In this document: piece after piece, positions 1-8,828 of the stretch
Layout of the letters: every line of letters begins with the position of its first letter
Numbering within the stretch: position 1 is the first letter of the stretch
Assembly (NCBI GenBank): GCA_964419395.1
Contig: CAYQPL010000001.1
Coordinates: forward strand, 1-62,919
Source: an uncultured Phenylobacterium sp.
Lineage (GTDB): Bacteria; Pseudomonadota; Alphaproteobacteria; Caulobacterales; Caulobacteraceae
DNA length: 62,919 nucleotides
Reading direction: 5' to 3'
Made by a program: the position numbers and the translations under genes
Notes under the pieces: generated by a model
Database searches by the model: none
What the model was told of the DNA's origin: nothing
The model's input: the letters and a program-made list of their open reading frames with translations, nothing else

Positions 1-1317
1 GGTGAGCCCGCCCGCCACGAGCGCGGCGATCCAGCCGCCATGAACATAGGCCAGCACGTCTCCGCGCTCGGCCTTCCGCAGGAAGGCGATCATGGCGATC
101 ACGATCAGCAGCGCCTCGACGCCCTCGCGCAGGAGAATGGTGAAGGCGCCGAGGAAGCTCGAGGCGGCGCTAGCCTGCTCTGGGGCGAGCGCCTGGCCCG
201 CCTGATCGAATAGACTTTGCAGCCGGGCGACTTGGGCGGAGACTTCGGTTGGCGGTGCGCCGCGGCCGAGGCTCGCCCGCAGCGCGCCCATGGCGCCCTC
301 GATCCTGGCCATCAGCGCGCCGTCGCGCGCCCGGAGCAGGGGTTCGACAGGCTCGAACCCGTCGAGATAGGCTGACAGCGCCAGTTCCTCGGCCCGCTTG
401 CGCTCGCCGGCCTGGTAGGCCGCGAGGCTCTCGGCGAGCTTTCGGCGCGCGACATCCAAACCGCCGGATGACGGGGTCGCCACGGCCTCGGGATGACCGC
501 GCAGATAGGCCATGAGTTGGGTCGCTTGCGGTTCGCCCACGCGCGCGGCGAGGCTCGCGGGCGTGGTCTGGGTCAGGACCTGCAAGTCGGGCACGACGCC
601 GTGCATCTGCGGCCCTGCGCGCCAAGCCTGCTCGCCGGCGCGCTCGGCCTCCCGCGAATAGGCGAGGGTCCCCACATAGAAGGCGAGCGACCAACGATCG
701 TCGGAGGGCAGATGGGCGAAGCTCGCCATCGCCGTGCCGTCGAGCCCCTGACCGATCACCTGATAGAGACCGAAGAGGCTGCGTTCCCTTGCGCGCGCCA
801 CGTCGGTGAAGGCGATCGGCGGCGGCTCCAGCCCTTTGGCGTTCGGACCGTCGCCCTTGCCGGCTGCGCCATGGCAGGACGCGCACTGTTCGGCATAGAG
901 GGCCGCGCCCCGGGCGAGGTCCGGCGCCTGCCGCGGAGCCAGAGGCACGGGGTAGGCCTTAAGCAGATCGGTTGCGAGGGTCCGGGCCTGTCGCGCCACG
1001 TCCGCTGGCTCCGCGCGCTGATCCACCGATGCGATGAGCGCGTTGACCTCCGCAAGGAGCTGCGGCTTGGCGGAACTGGCCGGCAGGGCGCCGATACGGC
1101 TGCGCACGGAGGCGGAGAATTCCCGCATCTCCGCATACTCGGCCTCGCTGATGATGCGGCCCTTGGAGACGGCGCCCGGGTAGTCGACGGCGATATAGTC
1201 CAGGAGGCGCCAAGCGACCTCCGCCGAAGGGGCCGTGTCTTGGGCCCTGGCGGCCTGGGGCAAATGGGCGAGCGCCACGAGGGCGACCGCAAGGAAGAGG
1301 CGAGCGAGCGCCGGCAT
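1..1317 (-). CDS. Cytochrome c / FTR1-family iron (lead) permease, PbrT-like; 3' end runs off the window
   Basis: Not in the ORF track; translated by hand from ATG 1317: MPALARLFLAVALVALAHLPQAARAQDTAPSAEVAWRLLDYIAVDYPGAV, heme motif LYAEQCASCHG, FTR1 motif FTILLREGVEALLIV. Confidence 0.9.
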   Translation of the reverse strand, partial: MPALARLFLAVALVALAHLPQAARAQDTAPSAEVAWRLLDYIAVDYPGAVSKGRIISEAEYAEMREFSASVRSRIGALPASSAKPQLLAEVNALIASVDQRAEPADVARQARTLATDLLKAYPVPLAPRQAPDLARGAALYAEQCASCHGAAGKGDGPNAKGLEPPPIAFTDVARARERSLFGLYQVIGQGLDGTAMASFAHLPSDDRWSLAFYVGTLAYSREAERAGEQAWRAGPQMHGVVPDLQVLTQTTPASLAARVGEPQATQLMAYLRGHPEAVATPSSGGLDVARRKLAESLAAYQAGERKRAEELALSAYLDGFEPVEPLLRARDGALMARIEGAMGALRASLGRGAPPTEVSAQVARLQSLFDQAGQALAPEQASAASSFLGAFTILLREGVEALLIVIAMIAFLRKAERGDVLAYVHGGWIAALVAGGLT

Positions 1318-1337
1318 CGAAGCGTCCTGAGTGCGAC

Positions 1338-1352
1338 TGAGAATAGGTCTCA
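1338..1352. promoter_or_regulatory. Candidate Fur-type box TGAGA-N5-TCTCA
   Basis: Perfect palindrome TGAGAATAGGTCTCA between the promoter and start of the FTR1 gene; resembles the Caulobacter-type TG(C/A)GA-N5-TC(G/T)CA Fur box. Confidence 0.5.
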
Positions 1353-1357
1353 ACAAC

Positions 1358-1388
1358 AGGATACATGCTCAAGCCGCTAGAGGATCAA
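1358..1388 (-). promoter_or_regulatory. MerR-type (CadR/PbrR/ZntR-like) promoter-operator for the FTR1/PbrT-like gene
   Basis: Minus strand: TTGATC, 19-bp spacer beginning CTCTAGCGGCTTGAG, then TATCCT. Confidence 0.8.
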
Positions 1389-1430
1389 GAGGCGCCGCCT
1401 CAAGCCTACGAAAAAGCGCGCCGAAACGGC

Positions 1431-1461
1431 TTGATCCTCTAGCGGCTAGAGCAAGTAGGGT
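1431..1461 (+). promoter_or_regulatory. MerR-type (CadR/PbrR/ZntR-like) promoter-operator for the cation transporter operon
   Basis: TTGATC, 19-bp spacer with perfect dyad CTCTAG-CGG-CTAGAG, then TAGGGT. Confidence 0.85.
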
Positions 1462-1483
1462 GGCCGGCTCAGGAGGAATTCGC

Positions 1484-2356
1484 ATGTCGAGTACGACAGC
1501 CGCCACAGGGTCGCTCCGCTACCGGGTCACCGGCATGGACTGCTCGAGCTGCGCTGAAAAGATCCAGTCCGCCGTGGCCAAACTGCCGGGTGTGGAAGAG
1601 GCGCGTGTTTCCATCGCCTCGTCGATGATGACCGTGAAGGTCGATGACGCGGCCAGGCGCTCGCCGGCGCTGGAGGCGACGGTGACGGAACTCGGCTACC
1701 ATCTCGATCGCGAAGGAAGTTCGGCGACGGCCGACCCGGACGAGCTTCCGAAGGACCTTAGCCATATCACGCCCGCCTATCGGCGGGCCCTCTGGATCGT
1801 GGTGCTGATCAACGTCGGCTACGGCCTGGTGGAGATCGTCGCGGGCTTTGTCGCCCGTTCCCAGGCGCTGAAGGCCGACGCCCTCGATTTCATGGGCGAC
1901 GGGCTGATCACGTTCTTAGGTCTGCTGGCGATCGGCTGGTCGCTCGTCTGGCGGGCCCGCTCGGCGTTGATCCAAGGACTCTTCCTGGCGGCGCTGGGCG
2001 TGGGCGTGCTGCTGAACACGGCCTACCGCATCCTCGTCCTGAACCAGCCGGAAGCCGAGCTCATGGGGGTGTTCGGGGTCATCGCGCTCGTGGCCAATGT
2101 CGCAGCGGCGCTCGTCCTGATCCCACACCGCGCCGGCGACGCCAATGTTCGCGCCGTCTGGCTCTTCTCGCGCAACGACGCCCTGGGCAACCTCGCCGTC
2201 GTGATCGCCGCCGGCCTGGTGTTCTGGACCAAGACCGCTTGGCCCGATCTCGTGGTGGCGGTGATCATCTCGGGGCTCTTCCTCCAGTCCGCCTGGTCGA
2301 TCATTCGCGACGCCCGCACGGACCTGCGGGAGGCGCGGTCGCTGAGCGCCGCGTGA
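1484..2356 (+). CDS. HMA-domain (GMDCSSC) fused CDF-like Co/Zn/Cd cation transporter
   Basis: ATG 1484 after AGGAGG; GMDCSSCAEKI HMA motif; SQALKADALDF and VWLFSRNDALGN motifs; about five TM segments. Confidence 0.85.
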   Translation: MSSTTAATGSLRYRVTGMDCSSCAEKIQSAVAKLPGVEEARVSIASSMMTVKVDDAARRSPALEATVTELGYHLDREGSSATADPDELPKDLSHITPAYRRALWIVVLINVGYGLVEIVAGFVARSQALKADALDFMGDGLITFLGLLAIGWSLVWRARSALIQGLFLAALGVGVLLNTAYRILVLNQPEAELMGVFGVIALVANVAAALVLIPHRAGDANVRAVWLFSRNDALGNLAVVIAAGLVFWTKTAWPDLVVAVIISGLFLQSAWSIIRDARTDLREARSLSAA

Positions 2357-2363
2357 ACGTCGG

Positions 2364-4640
2364 ATGAGACAGCTTCCGCCTCCAGTGCGGGCCCGGGCGC
2401 CAGACGGTCCGCCACCGCAGGTCCTGGCCGACTTGCAGCAGGCGGTCGCGCACGCGAACGCCGGTCGATGGACCGAGGCCGAGCTCCATGCCCGAAGGAT
2501 TCTTGCGGCCCAGCCGCTGGACCCCTCGGCGCTGAACGTCCTCGGCACCGTCGCCATGAGCACCGGGCGCTCGGCCGAGGCGATCGCATGGTTTCAACAG
2601 GCGGCAGACGGCCAGCCGAGGAATCCGTTCATCCAATTCAATCTGGGCGAAGCCCATCGCCGGCTGCAGGCCTACGAGGCGGCGGCGAAGTTCTTCCGGC
2701 AGGCCGCGGCCCTGAAACCCGACTTCGCCGAGGCCCATGCCTCTGGCGGCGACGCTTATCGTCTGATGGGGCAGGGGACGCAGGCCGAGCGCTGCTACCG
2801 CGCCGCGTTGCAACGGGCGCCCGCAATGTTGGCCGCGCTCAACGGTCTGGGCCTGTTGCGCCTCCAGAAGGGCGACGCCGCCGCGGCTGCGGAGCGCTTC
2901 GAAGCCGGCTGCAAGGCCGCGCCGGCGGGCCATCCCCTGCGGGCGATCCTGCTGGCGAACCTCGGGCTGGCGCGCCTGCAGCTCGGTCAAGGCCCGGATG
3001 GGCTGGCCCTGCTTGCCCAAGCCGTCGAGGCCGCGCCGGGGGACGCCGAGGCCTGGCGGCGACTGGCCGGCGCGCTTCGCCACACGCGGGTGGCGCCCGC
3101 GACGGCCCGCTTCCGGGACCTCCTGCGGCAGCTGTTCGATCGGCCCGACGTCAATCCGCGCAACCTGGCGACCGCGGCCCTCGCCGTGCTGCGGCAAGAT
3201 CCAGAGATCAACCAGCTTCTGGAGTCGATCGCGCGGGCCCCCGGCGGGCTCGTGCAGACGCTGGAGCGCGAGGCGGCGACCGCCTCACGGCTCATTCAGG
3301 ATCGCCTGTTCCAGACTTTGCTCGCCTCAGCACCCGTGCCGGACGTGGCGATCGAACTGACGCTCGTCCAGCTGCGGGCCGATCTTCTGAATCTGTCGAA
3401 TGGTGCGGCCCAGCCCCTTGAAGAGGAGCTCGAGATTGCGGTCGCGCTCGCCCGCCAGGCGTTCCTCAACGAATACGTTCTGTTCGCCGCGCCTGAGGAG
3501 CAGGCCCGTGTCGCCAACCTGATCACGGCCCTCGATCGAGACGACCTCGGAGGGCAGGCCGGAGATCTCACCAGGATCGCGATCGTCGCCGCCTATCGCC
3601 CGCTGGCCGCGACGCCGCTCGCTGCGCGGCTCGAGGGCGCCGCCCTGCCGGCGCTTGCCGAACTACTTGGCGAGCAGCTCGGCGAACCCGCGGAGGAAGC
3701 CGAACTGCGCGCGCAGCTGCCAATGCTGAAAGCTCCCACCGACATCATCTCGCGCGCTGTCCAGCAACAGTACGAGCAGAGCCCTTATCCTCGCTGGACC
3801 CGCTGCAGCTTCGCCGAGCCGCTCCCCTTCCGAAGGGCGATCCAGAGCGCGTTGCCTGACCTTCCGGCCGGCGAGATCCCCGATCTCGACCGCCCCCGTG
3901 TGCTGATCGCCGGCTGCGGCACGGGCCTCGAGACCCTGCGCGTGGCGACCACCTACCGCGGCGCCTCCATCCTGGCGATCGATCTCAGCTCCGCCAGTCT
4001 CGGCTACGCCATGCGCAAGGCTCGCGCTTACGGACTCGCTGAGGTGGAACATCTGCAGGCCGACATCCTGGACCTGCCGACGCTAGAGCAACGGTTTGAC
4101 CTGATCGACAGCTTCGGCGTGCTGCATCACATGGCCAATCCAGCGCAGGGCCTTCAGATCCTTGCCGGACTGCTGAGACCAGAGGGACTTCTCTTCGTCG
4201 GGCTCTACAGCGAAATCGGCCGACGTGCGGTCGTCGAGGCTCGCGCCCATATCGCCCGCGCCGGTTACCGGGACGACCCGGACGGCATTCGGGCGCTGCG
4301 CCGATCGCTGATGCTCGACGGAACGCCCTCTGCCTTGGACGGCGTGATGAGCCCGGCATCGGACTTCTGGACCCTTTCGGACTGTCGCGACCTCCTGTTC
4401 CACGTGAACGAGCACCGCTTCACCCTACCGCAGATCGGCGAAATGATGAGCACAGCCGGCCTTGAGTTCCTGGGCGTGCAATTCGGCCATCCCGCCGACC
4501 GGACGCGCTATCTGGCGCAGAACGCCCGCTCCAGCGCGCTGCGTGATCTTCAGAACCTGCACCGCCACGAGCTCGAGCACCCGGAGATCTTCGGGGACAC
4601 CTACCGGCTCTGGGCCCGTCGGAAGAGGCCATCCCGGTGA
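2364..4640 (+). CDS. TPR-repeat protein with C-terminal class I SAM-dependent methyltransferase
   Basis: N-terminal TPR-like repeats (ALNVLG, FNLGEA, ALNGLG, LANLG); QYEQSPYPRW; SAM motif VLIAGCGTG; GVLHHM. Confidence 0.85.
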   Translation: MRQLPPPVRARAPDGPPPQVLADLQQAVAHANAGRWTEAELHARRILAAQPLDPSALNVLGTVAMSTGRSAEAIAWFQQAADGQPRNPFIQFNLGEAHRRLQAYEAAAKFFRQAAALKPDFAEAHASGGDAYRLMGQGTQAERCYRAALQRAPAMLAALNGLGLLRLQKGDAAAAAERFEAGCKAAPAGHPLRAILLANLGLARLQLGQGPDGLALLAQAVEAAPGDAEAWRRLAGALRHTRVAPATARFRDLLRQLFDRPDVNPRNLATAALAVLRQDPEINQLLESIARAPGGLVQTLEREAATASRLIQDRLFQTLLASAPVPDVAIELTLVQLRADLLNLSNGAAQPLEEELEIAVALARQAFLNEYVLFAAPEEQARVANLITALDRDDLGGQAGDLTRIAIVAAYRPLAATPLAARLEGAALPALAELLGEQLGEPAEEAELRAQLPMLKAPTDIISRAVQQQYEQSPYPRWTRCSFAEPLPFRRAIQSALPDLPAGEIPDLDRPRVLIAGCGTGLETLRVATTYRGASILAIDLSSASLGYAMRKARAYGLAEVEHLQADILDLPTLEQRFDLIDSFGVLHHMANPAQGLQILAGLLRPEGLLFVGLYSEIGRRAVVEARAHIARAGYRDDPDGIRALRRSLMLDGTPSALDGVMSPASDFWTLSDCRDLLFHVNEHRFTLPQIGEMMSTAGLEFLGVQFGHPADRTRYLAQNARSSALRDLQNLHRHELEHPEIFGDTYRLWARRKRPSR

Positions 4641-5203
4641 CCCAGCCGCTCACCCCGCCGCATGTTGATCTCCCGAAGGAGCAGCGGGCCGTCCTTCGGC
4701 GATCGCTCCTGGCCTTCGCTGTCTGCGGACCGACCCTCGCGCTCGCCAGCCTGGGCCTCCCCAAGATCTTCACCTTCCCGGAGGCCCTTGCGGAGCGCCT
4801 CGCCTTTGCGTTGCGGGCCGACCTCGTGATCGCGCTGTGGTTCGTGCTGGGCGTCCGGATGGTGGCGAAGGTGCGATTTGAGTCCGCCGAGGACAACGCC
4901 GGTTCGGCCTACAGCCAGCCGAGCCCCCGCCTGGCGATACCGAAGGCCTTCCTGCAGAACACCCTCGAACAGGCGTTCATCACAAGCGTCGCCATCCTCG
5001 CTCTCGCGACTGTCGGCGGAGACGCGGCGCTCGCCTATATCGTCGCGACCGTCGTCCTCTTCAGCCTCGGGCGGGCGACCTTCCTGCGCGGCTATCCGCA
5101 TGGGGCCGGCGGCCGCGCCTTCGGCATCGCCACCACGGCGCTTCCGGCAGTCGGCGCCTATGGCTGGGCGCTCATCGACATGGCGTCGGACGTGGCGGTG
5201 TGA
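4637..5203 (+). CDS. MAPEG-family membrane protein
   Basis: GTGA overlap with the upstream stop; hydrophobic helices; FLQNTLEQ and GRATFLRGY motifs. Confidence 0.7.
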   Translation: MTQPLTPPHVDLPKEQRAVLRRSLLAFAVCGPTLALASLGLPKIFTFPEALAERLAFALRADLVIALWFVLGVRMVAKVRFESAEDNAGSAYSQPSPRLAIPKAFLQNTLEQAFITSVAILALATVGGDAALAYIVATVVLFSLGRATFLRGYPHGAGGRAFGIATTALPAVGAYGWALIDMASDVAV

Positions 5204-5222
5204 GCCGAGCCTCCGGACAGGA

Positions 5223-6596
5223 TCAGTCCTCGAGCGGAACGACCGCCCGGAACTTGCCGCCCTTGGTCTTCTCCGGCGGCTGATCGTCCCGTTCGACGGC
5301 GACGACCTGCTCCAGTCCATGTTCGGCCAGCAGGCGTGCGGTTTCGCGCAGCGCAGCGGCGCGCACCTGCTCCGGATCGGCCCCTGGCTCCGCCTGGGCC
5401 CGCACCGCGACCGCGTCGGGCGCGCGCTGGACGATCTGGAAAGTCCGGAGGCCGGGCACGCGGTCCTCCAGGGCGGCGAAGGTGAGCGGCGAGAGCGACA
5501 CCGTGCGGCCGTCGGGACGCGGGAACCGGATCGCCTCTCCGGTTCGACCTTCCACCCGGATCGCCGGCAATGGGCTGCCGCAGGGACAGGGATCGGGCCG
5601 CACCGTGATGCGGTCGCCGAGGTCATAGCGCAGGATCGGTTGCACCCGGTTGGCGAGGTTGCTGAGCAGCACCGTGTGCGAGGGCTCCCCGGCCGGGACG
5701 GGCCGATGGTCGGCGTCGACGGGCTCAAGCACCGCCCAGTCGCTGTTGACGTGCAGCCAGCCTTCGGAGCAGCACTGACTGAGGTGCATGCACTCGGTGC
5801 AGGCGTAGCTGTTGCCCACCTTGGCTGCGAAGACCTGCGCGATCCGGGCGTACTCGGGCTGCGGCAGCCCTTCGGCGGCCAAGACCAGCAGGACCGGCCG
5901 GATGTTCAGCCGGCCTGCGGCCTGCTCGTCGGCGAGCAGCGCCGCCACGCTCGCGTAGGGCGCGACAACCGCCGGCTGGAAGCGGTTGAGTGCCGCCACG
6001 ATCTCGTCCAGCGGCATGTGCACCGAGAGGACCTGGAGCCGCTCGCTGACGCGGCCGGACTTCTGCAGCCGCGCGGCCGCAACGGCCGATGCGAAGTGCC
6101 CGCCGGTCGCCAGCACCAGCGACGTCCGCGCACCACCCCTGACGATCCGCAGGACGTCTCGTGGGCGAAGCCATGCGCCCAGCATGCGCAGCATCATCGC
6201 ATTGGTGACGGCTAAGGCGCGGTCGTCGATCAGGAAGACGCCCGGCGTGCCCGTCGTGCCGGAGGTGGTGGCCAGGACGTAGCGGTCGAGGAATTGGTCG
6301 CCGATCCGCGCCGGGTCAGCCGCAAAGGCGCGCGCCTTGTCCAGCGTCGCCTCAGCGTCGGTCACCCAGTCGTCGAAGCGCGCCATCAGCGTCTTCTTGT
6401 CGGTCACCGGAAGCAGGCTTGCGTCCGAGACGCGATCCGGGAGGTCTTTGTAGAGATCGCGATAGTAGGTCGAGTTGGCGCGCGCATAGGTGACCATGTC
6501 GCCGAGGCGGGCGCGCTGGCGGCGCTCAATGCCCGCCTGATCGCCTTTGGCGGCTCTGCGCGTATCGAGCAAGATGCTCAGGGTGCTCTCAGCCAT
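5223..6596 (-). CDS. Phenylacetate-CoA ligase (PaaK/CapK/F390 synthetase-like) adenylate-forming enzyme
   Basis: TTSGTTGTP P-loop, YACTE, ILRYDLGD, VEGR, GKFR; GGAGG RBS upstream. Confidence 0.85.
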   Translation of the reverse strand: MAESTLSILLDTRRAAKGDQAGIERRQRARLGDMVTYARANSTYYRDLYKDLPDRVSDASLLPVTDKKTLMARFDDWVTDAEATLDKARAFAADPARIGDQFLDRYVLATTSGTTGTPGVFLIDDRALAVTNAMMLRMLGAWLRPRDVLRIVRGGARTSLVLATGGHFASAVAAARLQKSGRVSERLQVLSVHMPLDEIVAALNRFQPAVVAPYASVAALLADEQAAGRLNIRPVLLVLAAEGLPQPEYARIAQVFAAKVGNSYACTECMHLSQCCSEGWLHVNSDWAVLEPVDADHRPVPAGEPSHTVLLSNLANRVQPILRYDLGDRITVRPDPCPCGSPLPAIRVEGRTGEAIRFPRPDGRTVSLSPLTFAALEDRVPGLRTFQIVQRAPDAVAVRAQAEPGADPEQVRAAALRETARLLAEHGLEQVVAVERDDQPPEKTKGGKFRAVVPLED

Positions 6597-6620
6597 CAGA
6601 TCGGCCTCCGAAGGCTGGGT

Positions 6621-6651
6621 AGCCTACGACCTCAAGCCGCTAGAGGATCAA
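6621..6651 (-). promoter_or_regulatory. Third copy of the MerR-type promoter-operator, driving the PaaK-like gene
   Basis: Minus strand: TTGATC-CTCTAGCGGCTTGAGGTCG (19 bp)-TAGGCT, 24 bp upstream of the ATG. Confidence 0.85.
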
Positions 6652-6805
6652 GCGGCTCGTGTGCGCGTCGAACCGTCGCCAACGACGCGGCCAGGTGTTC
6701 GGGGCTCCGATGCGGCCGGATCGATTCCGCGCCAGCCAGCGTCTGGCGCTTCAACCCAAATGGCCGCAGATTCGTCTCGACTTAAGTTATTGATATAATT
6801 CGGTA

Positions 6806-6833
6806 ATTTCCGATAAGATATATTCGGCGCGAA
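6806..6833. other. Degenerate dif-like (XerC/D) site in an AT-rich patch
   Basis: ATTTCCGATAA-GATATA-TTCGGCGCGAA: left arm and 6-bp core resemble dif/pdif; right arm is poor. Confidence 0.35.
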
Positions 6834-6917
6834 ATGTGTTTCCCCGCATTGTCGCGTCCTGGGCGCTCGACGCGATCCGCCCTTTGGCCGGGCCTTGCGC
6901 GCGACCTGCGGAGAATC

Positions 6918-6945
6918 TGAGGGGCGCATCCCGCGCCGCGCGTAT
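6918..6945 (+). promoter_or_regulatory. CnrH-type ECF promoter upstream of copC
   Basis: TGAGGGG-N16-CGTAT. Confidence 0.75.
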
Positions 6946-6978
6946 GGGAAGACAGGTACACCAAGCTCGGGGAAACCT

Positions 6979-7353
6979 ATGTTCAACCGCAATCGTACTT
7001 CCATCTTCGCCGCAGTCGGTATCGCGGCCGCTCTTGTGGCGACCCAGGCGTCGGCCCACGCCCAACTGGTGAGTTCCAACCCGGCCGCCAACGCGACCGT
7101 TGCGGCCGCGCCGAAGACGATCACGCTCACCTTCAACGAGAAGCTCGCGCCGGCCTTCTCCAAGTTCGAGATCACCATGCCCGAGCATGGCGGCATGAAG
7201 GTCCCCGTGAAGACGACCGTCTCCGCCGACGGCAAGTCCATCACCGGCACGCCTCAAACCGCACTCGGCAAAGGCGCCTACAAGGTCGTGTGGACGGCGG
7301 CCTCGTCCGACGGCCACAAGATGACGGGCGAAGTGGCTTTCAAGGTTGGCTGA
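6979..7353 (+). CDS. copC: Periplasmic copper-binding protein CopC
   Basis: Signal peptide ending ASA, mature N-terminal His (HAQLVSSNP), C-terminal SSDGHKMTG. Confidence 0.92.
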   Translation: MFNRNRTSIFAAVGIAAALVATQASAHAQLVSSNPAANATVAAAPKTITLTFNEKLAPAFSKFEITMPEHGGMKVPVKTTVSADGKSITGTPQTALGKGAYKVVWTAASSDGHKMTGEVAFKVG

Positions 7354-8284
7354 CGTGCTCGAGCCTGCGGTCATCATCCTCAGGCTGCTGCAGTATGCCG
7401 GAGCGATGGTCCTCATGGGATCATCGCTCTTCTTCATCTATGCCCTGCCCCCCGCCGGCGCCGGCTCGGCCGCAGAAGCGCCCTGGGCCCGCCGGCTCTT
7501 GGCCGGCGCGGGCGCGCTCTTGGGGCTCGCCACCTTGCTCTGGATCGCCGCCCAGGCCAGCGTGCTGGCCGGATCCGTGGCGGAGGGCCTCAAACCCGAG
7601 ACGCTCGGCGCCGTGGTGACGACCATGGACCTCGGCAAGGCGGGCGTCCTTCGGGCCGGGGTCGCCGTCCTCGCGACGATCCTCGCGCTTATGCTGAAGC
7701 CGGCGCCGACCAGCTGGTTCATGGCGGCCGGATTGGGGGCCATTGCGACGGCCACCTTCGCCTGGATGGGTCATGGGGCGGCGACCGAGGGGCCGGGCGG
7801 ATTGATCCACCTCGTCTCGGACATCTTTCACAGCTGGGCGGGCGCAGTCTGGATCGGCGCGCTCGTGGCGTTCGCGCTGATCTTGCGCACCCGCAGCCCT
7901 ACGCCCGCAGGCCTGCTTGCCCTGCACCGAGCACTGCACGGCTTTTCAGGCGTCGGCACGCTGCTGGTGGCGGTCCTGGTGGCGAGCGGGCTCGCCAACA
8001 GCTGGTTTCTGGTCGAACCGGATCGGATCACAAGCCTTTGGACCACGCCCTACGGGCGGCTCCTGAGCCTGAAGTTGCTCCTGTTCATGGCGATGCTGGG
8101 TCTCGCGGCCGCCAACCGCTTCCGACTGACGCCTGCCCTCGCCCATGGCTTGGACGAGCCATCGCGGCAGGGCGAGGCGCTCGCTGATCTGCGCCGCAGC
8201 ATCGCGCTGGAGACCGCCGCGGCGCTCGGCGTCGTGGCCCTCGTGGCCTGGTTCGGCACGCTGGCGCCGCCGGCCTCGATGTGA
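7346..8284 (+). CDS. copD: Copper homeostasis membrane protein CopD
   Basis: Overlaps copC; WMGHG, HSWAGAVWIG, YGRLLSLKL and LAAANRFRL motifs. Confidence 0.9.
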   Translation: MADVLEPAVIILRLLQYAGAMVLMGSSLFFIYALPPAGAGSAAEAPWARRLLAGAGALLGLATLLWIAAQASVLAGSVAEGLKPETLGAVVTTMDLGKAGVLRAGVAVLATILALMLKPAPTSWFMAAGLGAIATATFAWMGHGAATEGPGGLIHLVSDIFHSWAGAVWIGALVAFALILRTRSPTPAGLLALHRALHGFSGVGTLLVAVLVASGLANSWFLVEPDRITSLWTTPYGRLLSLKLLLFMAMLGLAAANRFRLTPALAHGLDEPSRQGEALADLRRSIALETAAALGVVALVAWFGTLAPPASM

Positions 8285-8354
8285 AGTCATGACGCCCCGC
8301 CGCGACACGCGAAATCGGATGACAACGGGCGCCGGGGCGCTACCCTCGTGGACG

Positions 8355-8735
8355 ATGCGCTTCCTGCTCGCCCTGCTGGCGGTGATCGGCCTCCTGGCCA
8401 GCCCGGCGTCCGCCGCGGCGGCCCAGGCGGTTTGCCTGGGCCATGGCGAGGCGATGATGCCCATGGCGATGCCGGACATGCCGGGAATGGACCACGCCGA
8501 CGGCAAGGCCGACCCCTGCTGCGACCCCGCCAGCGACAAGGCGCCCTCCCACCACGACGCCATGCCCTGCCTTCTCGCCTGCATGGCCATGTGCGGCGTG
8601 ACCGCAGCGCTCCCCAGCGCCGCACCTGTCAGCCTCGCGAAACCTGACCATGGCGCGCCGCCGCCCGGGCGGATGGCGTCTTTGACGCCTCATGACCCGG
8701 AACGCCTCGAACGACCTCCCAGACCGATCTCCTGA
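8355..8735 (+). CDS. Exported Cys/Met/His-rich CopL/DUF2946-like leader protein ending RLERPPRPIS
   Basis: ATG 8355 within ORF 8145..8735; signal peptide; MMPMAMPDMPGMDH, PCC, CLLACMAMC. Confidence 0.7.
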   Translation: MRFLLALLAVIGLLASPASAAAAQAVCLGHGEAMMPMAMPDMPGMDHADGKADPCCDPASDKAPSHHDAMPCLLACMAMCGVTAALPSAAPVSLAKPDHGAPPPGRMASLTPHDPERLERPPRPIS

Positions 8736-8828
8736 ACCCTGCGCCGCCTCTACGGCGGCGCATCGCGTGCAGAACCCGGCCGGATTCCGTCCGGCCACGA
8801 TGATCGATCCCACTCGGGAGAGTTTCCC

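Noticed and set aside
493-1380. Long ORFs in the track over 170-1380, and many antisense ORFs elsewhere (e.g. 4878..6215, 52430..54286, 54171..55859)
   Set aside because: They are shadow frames of real genes in high-GC DNA; here the real gene is the minus-strand FTR1-cytochrome c frame from 1317.
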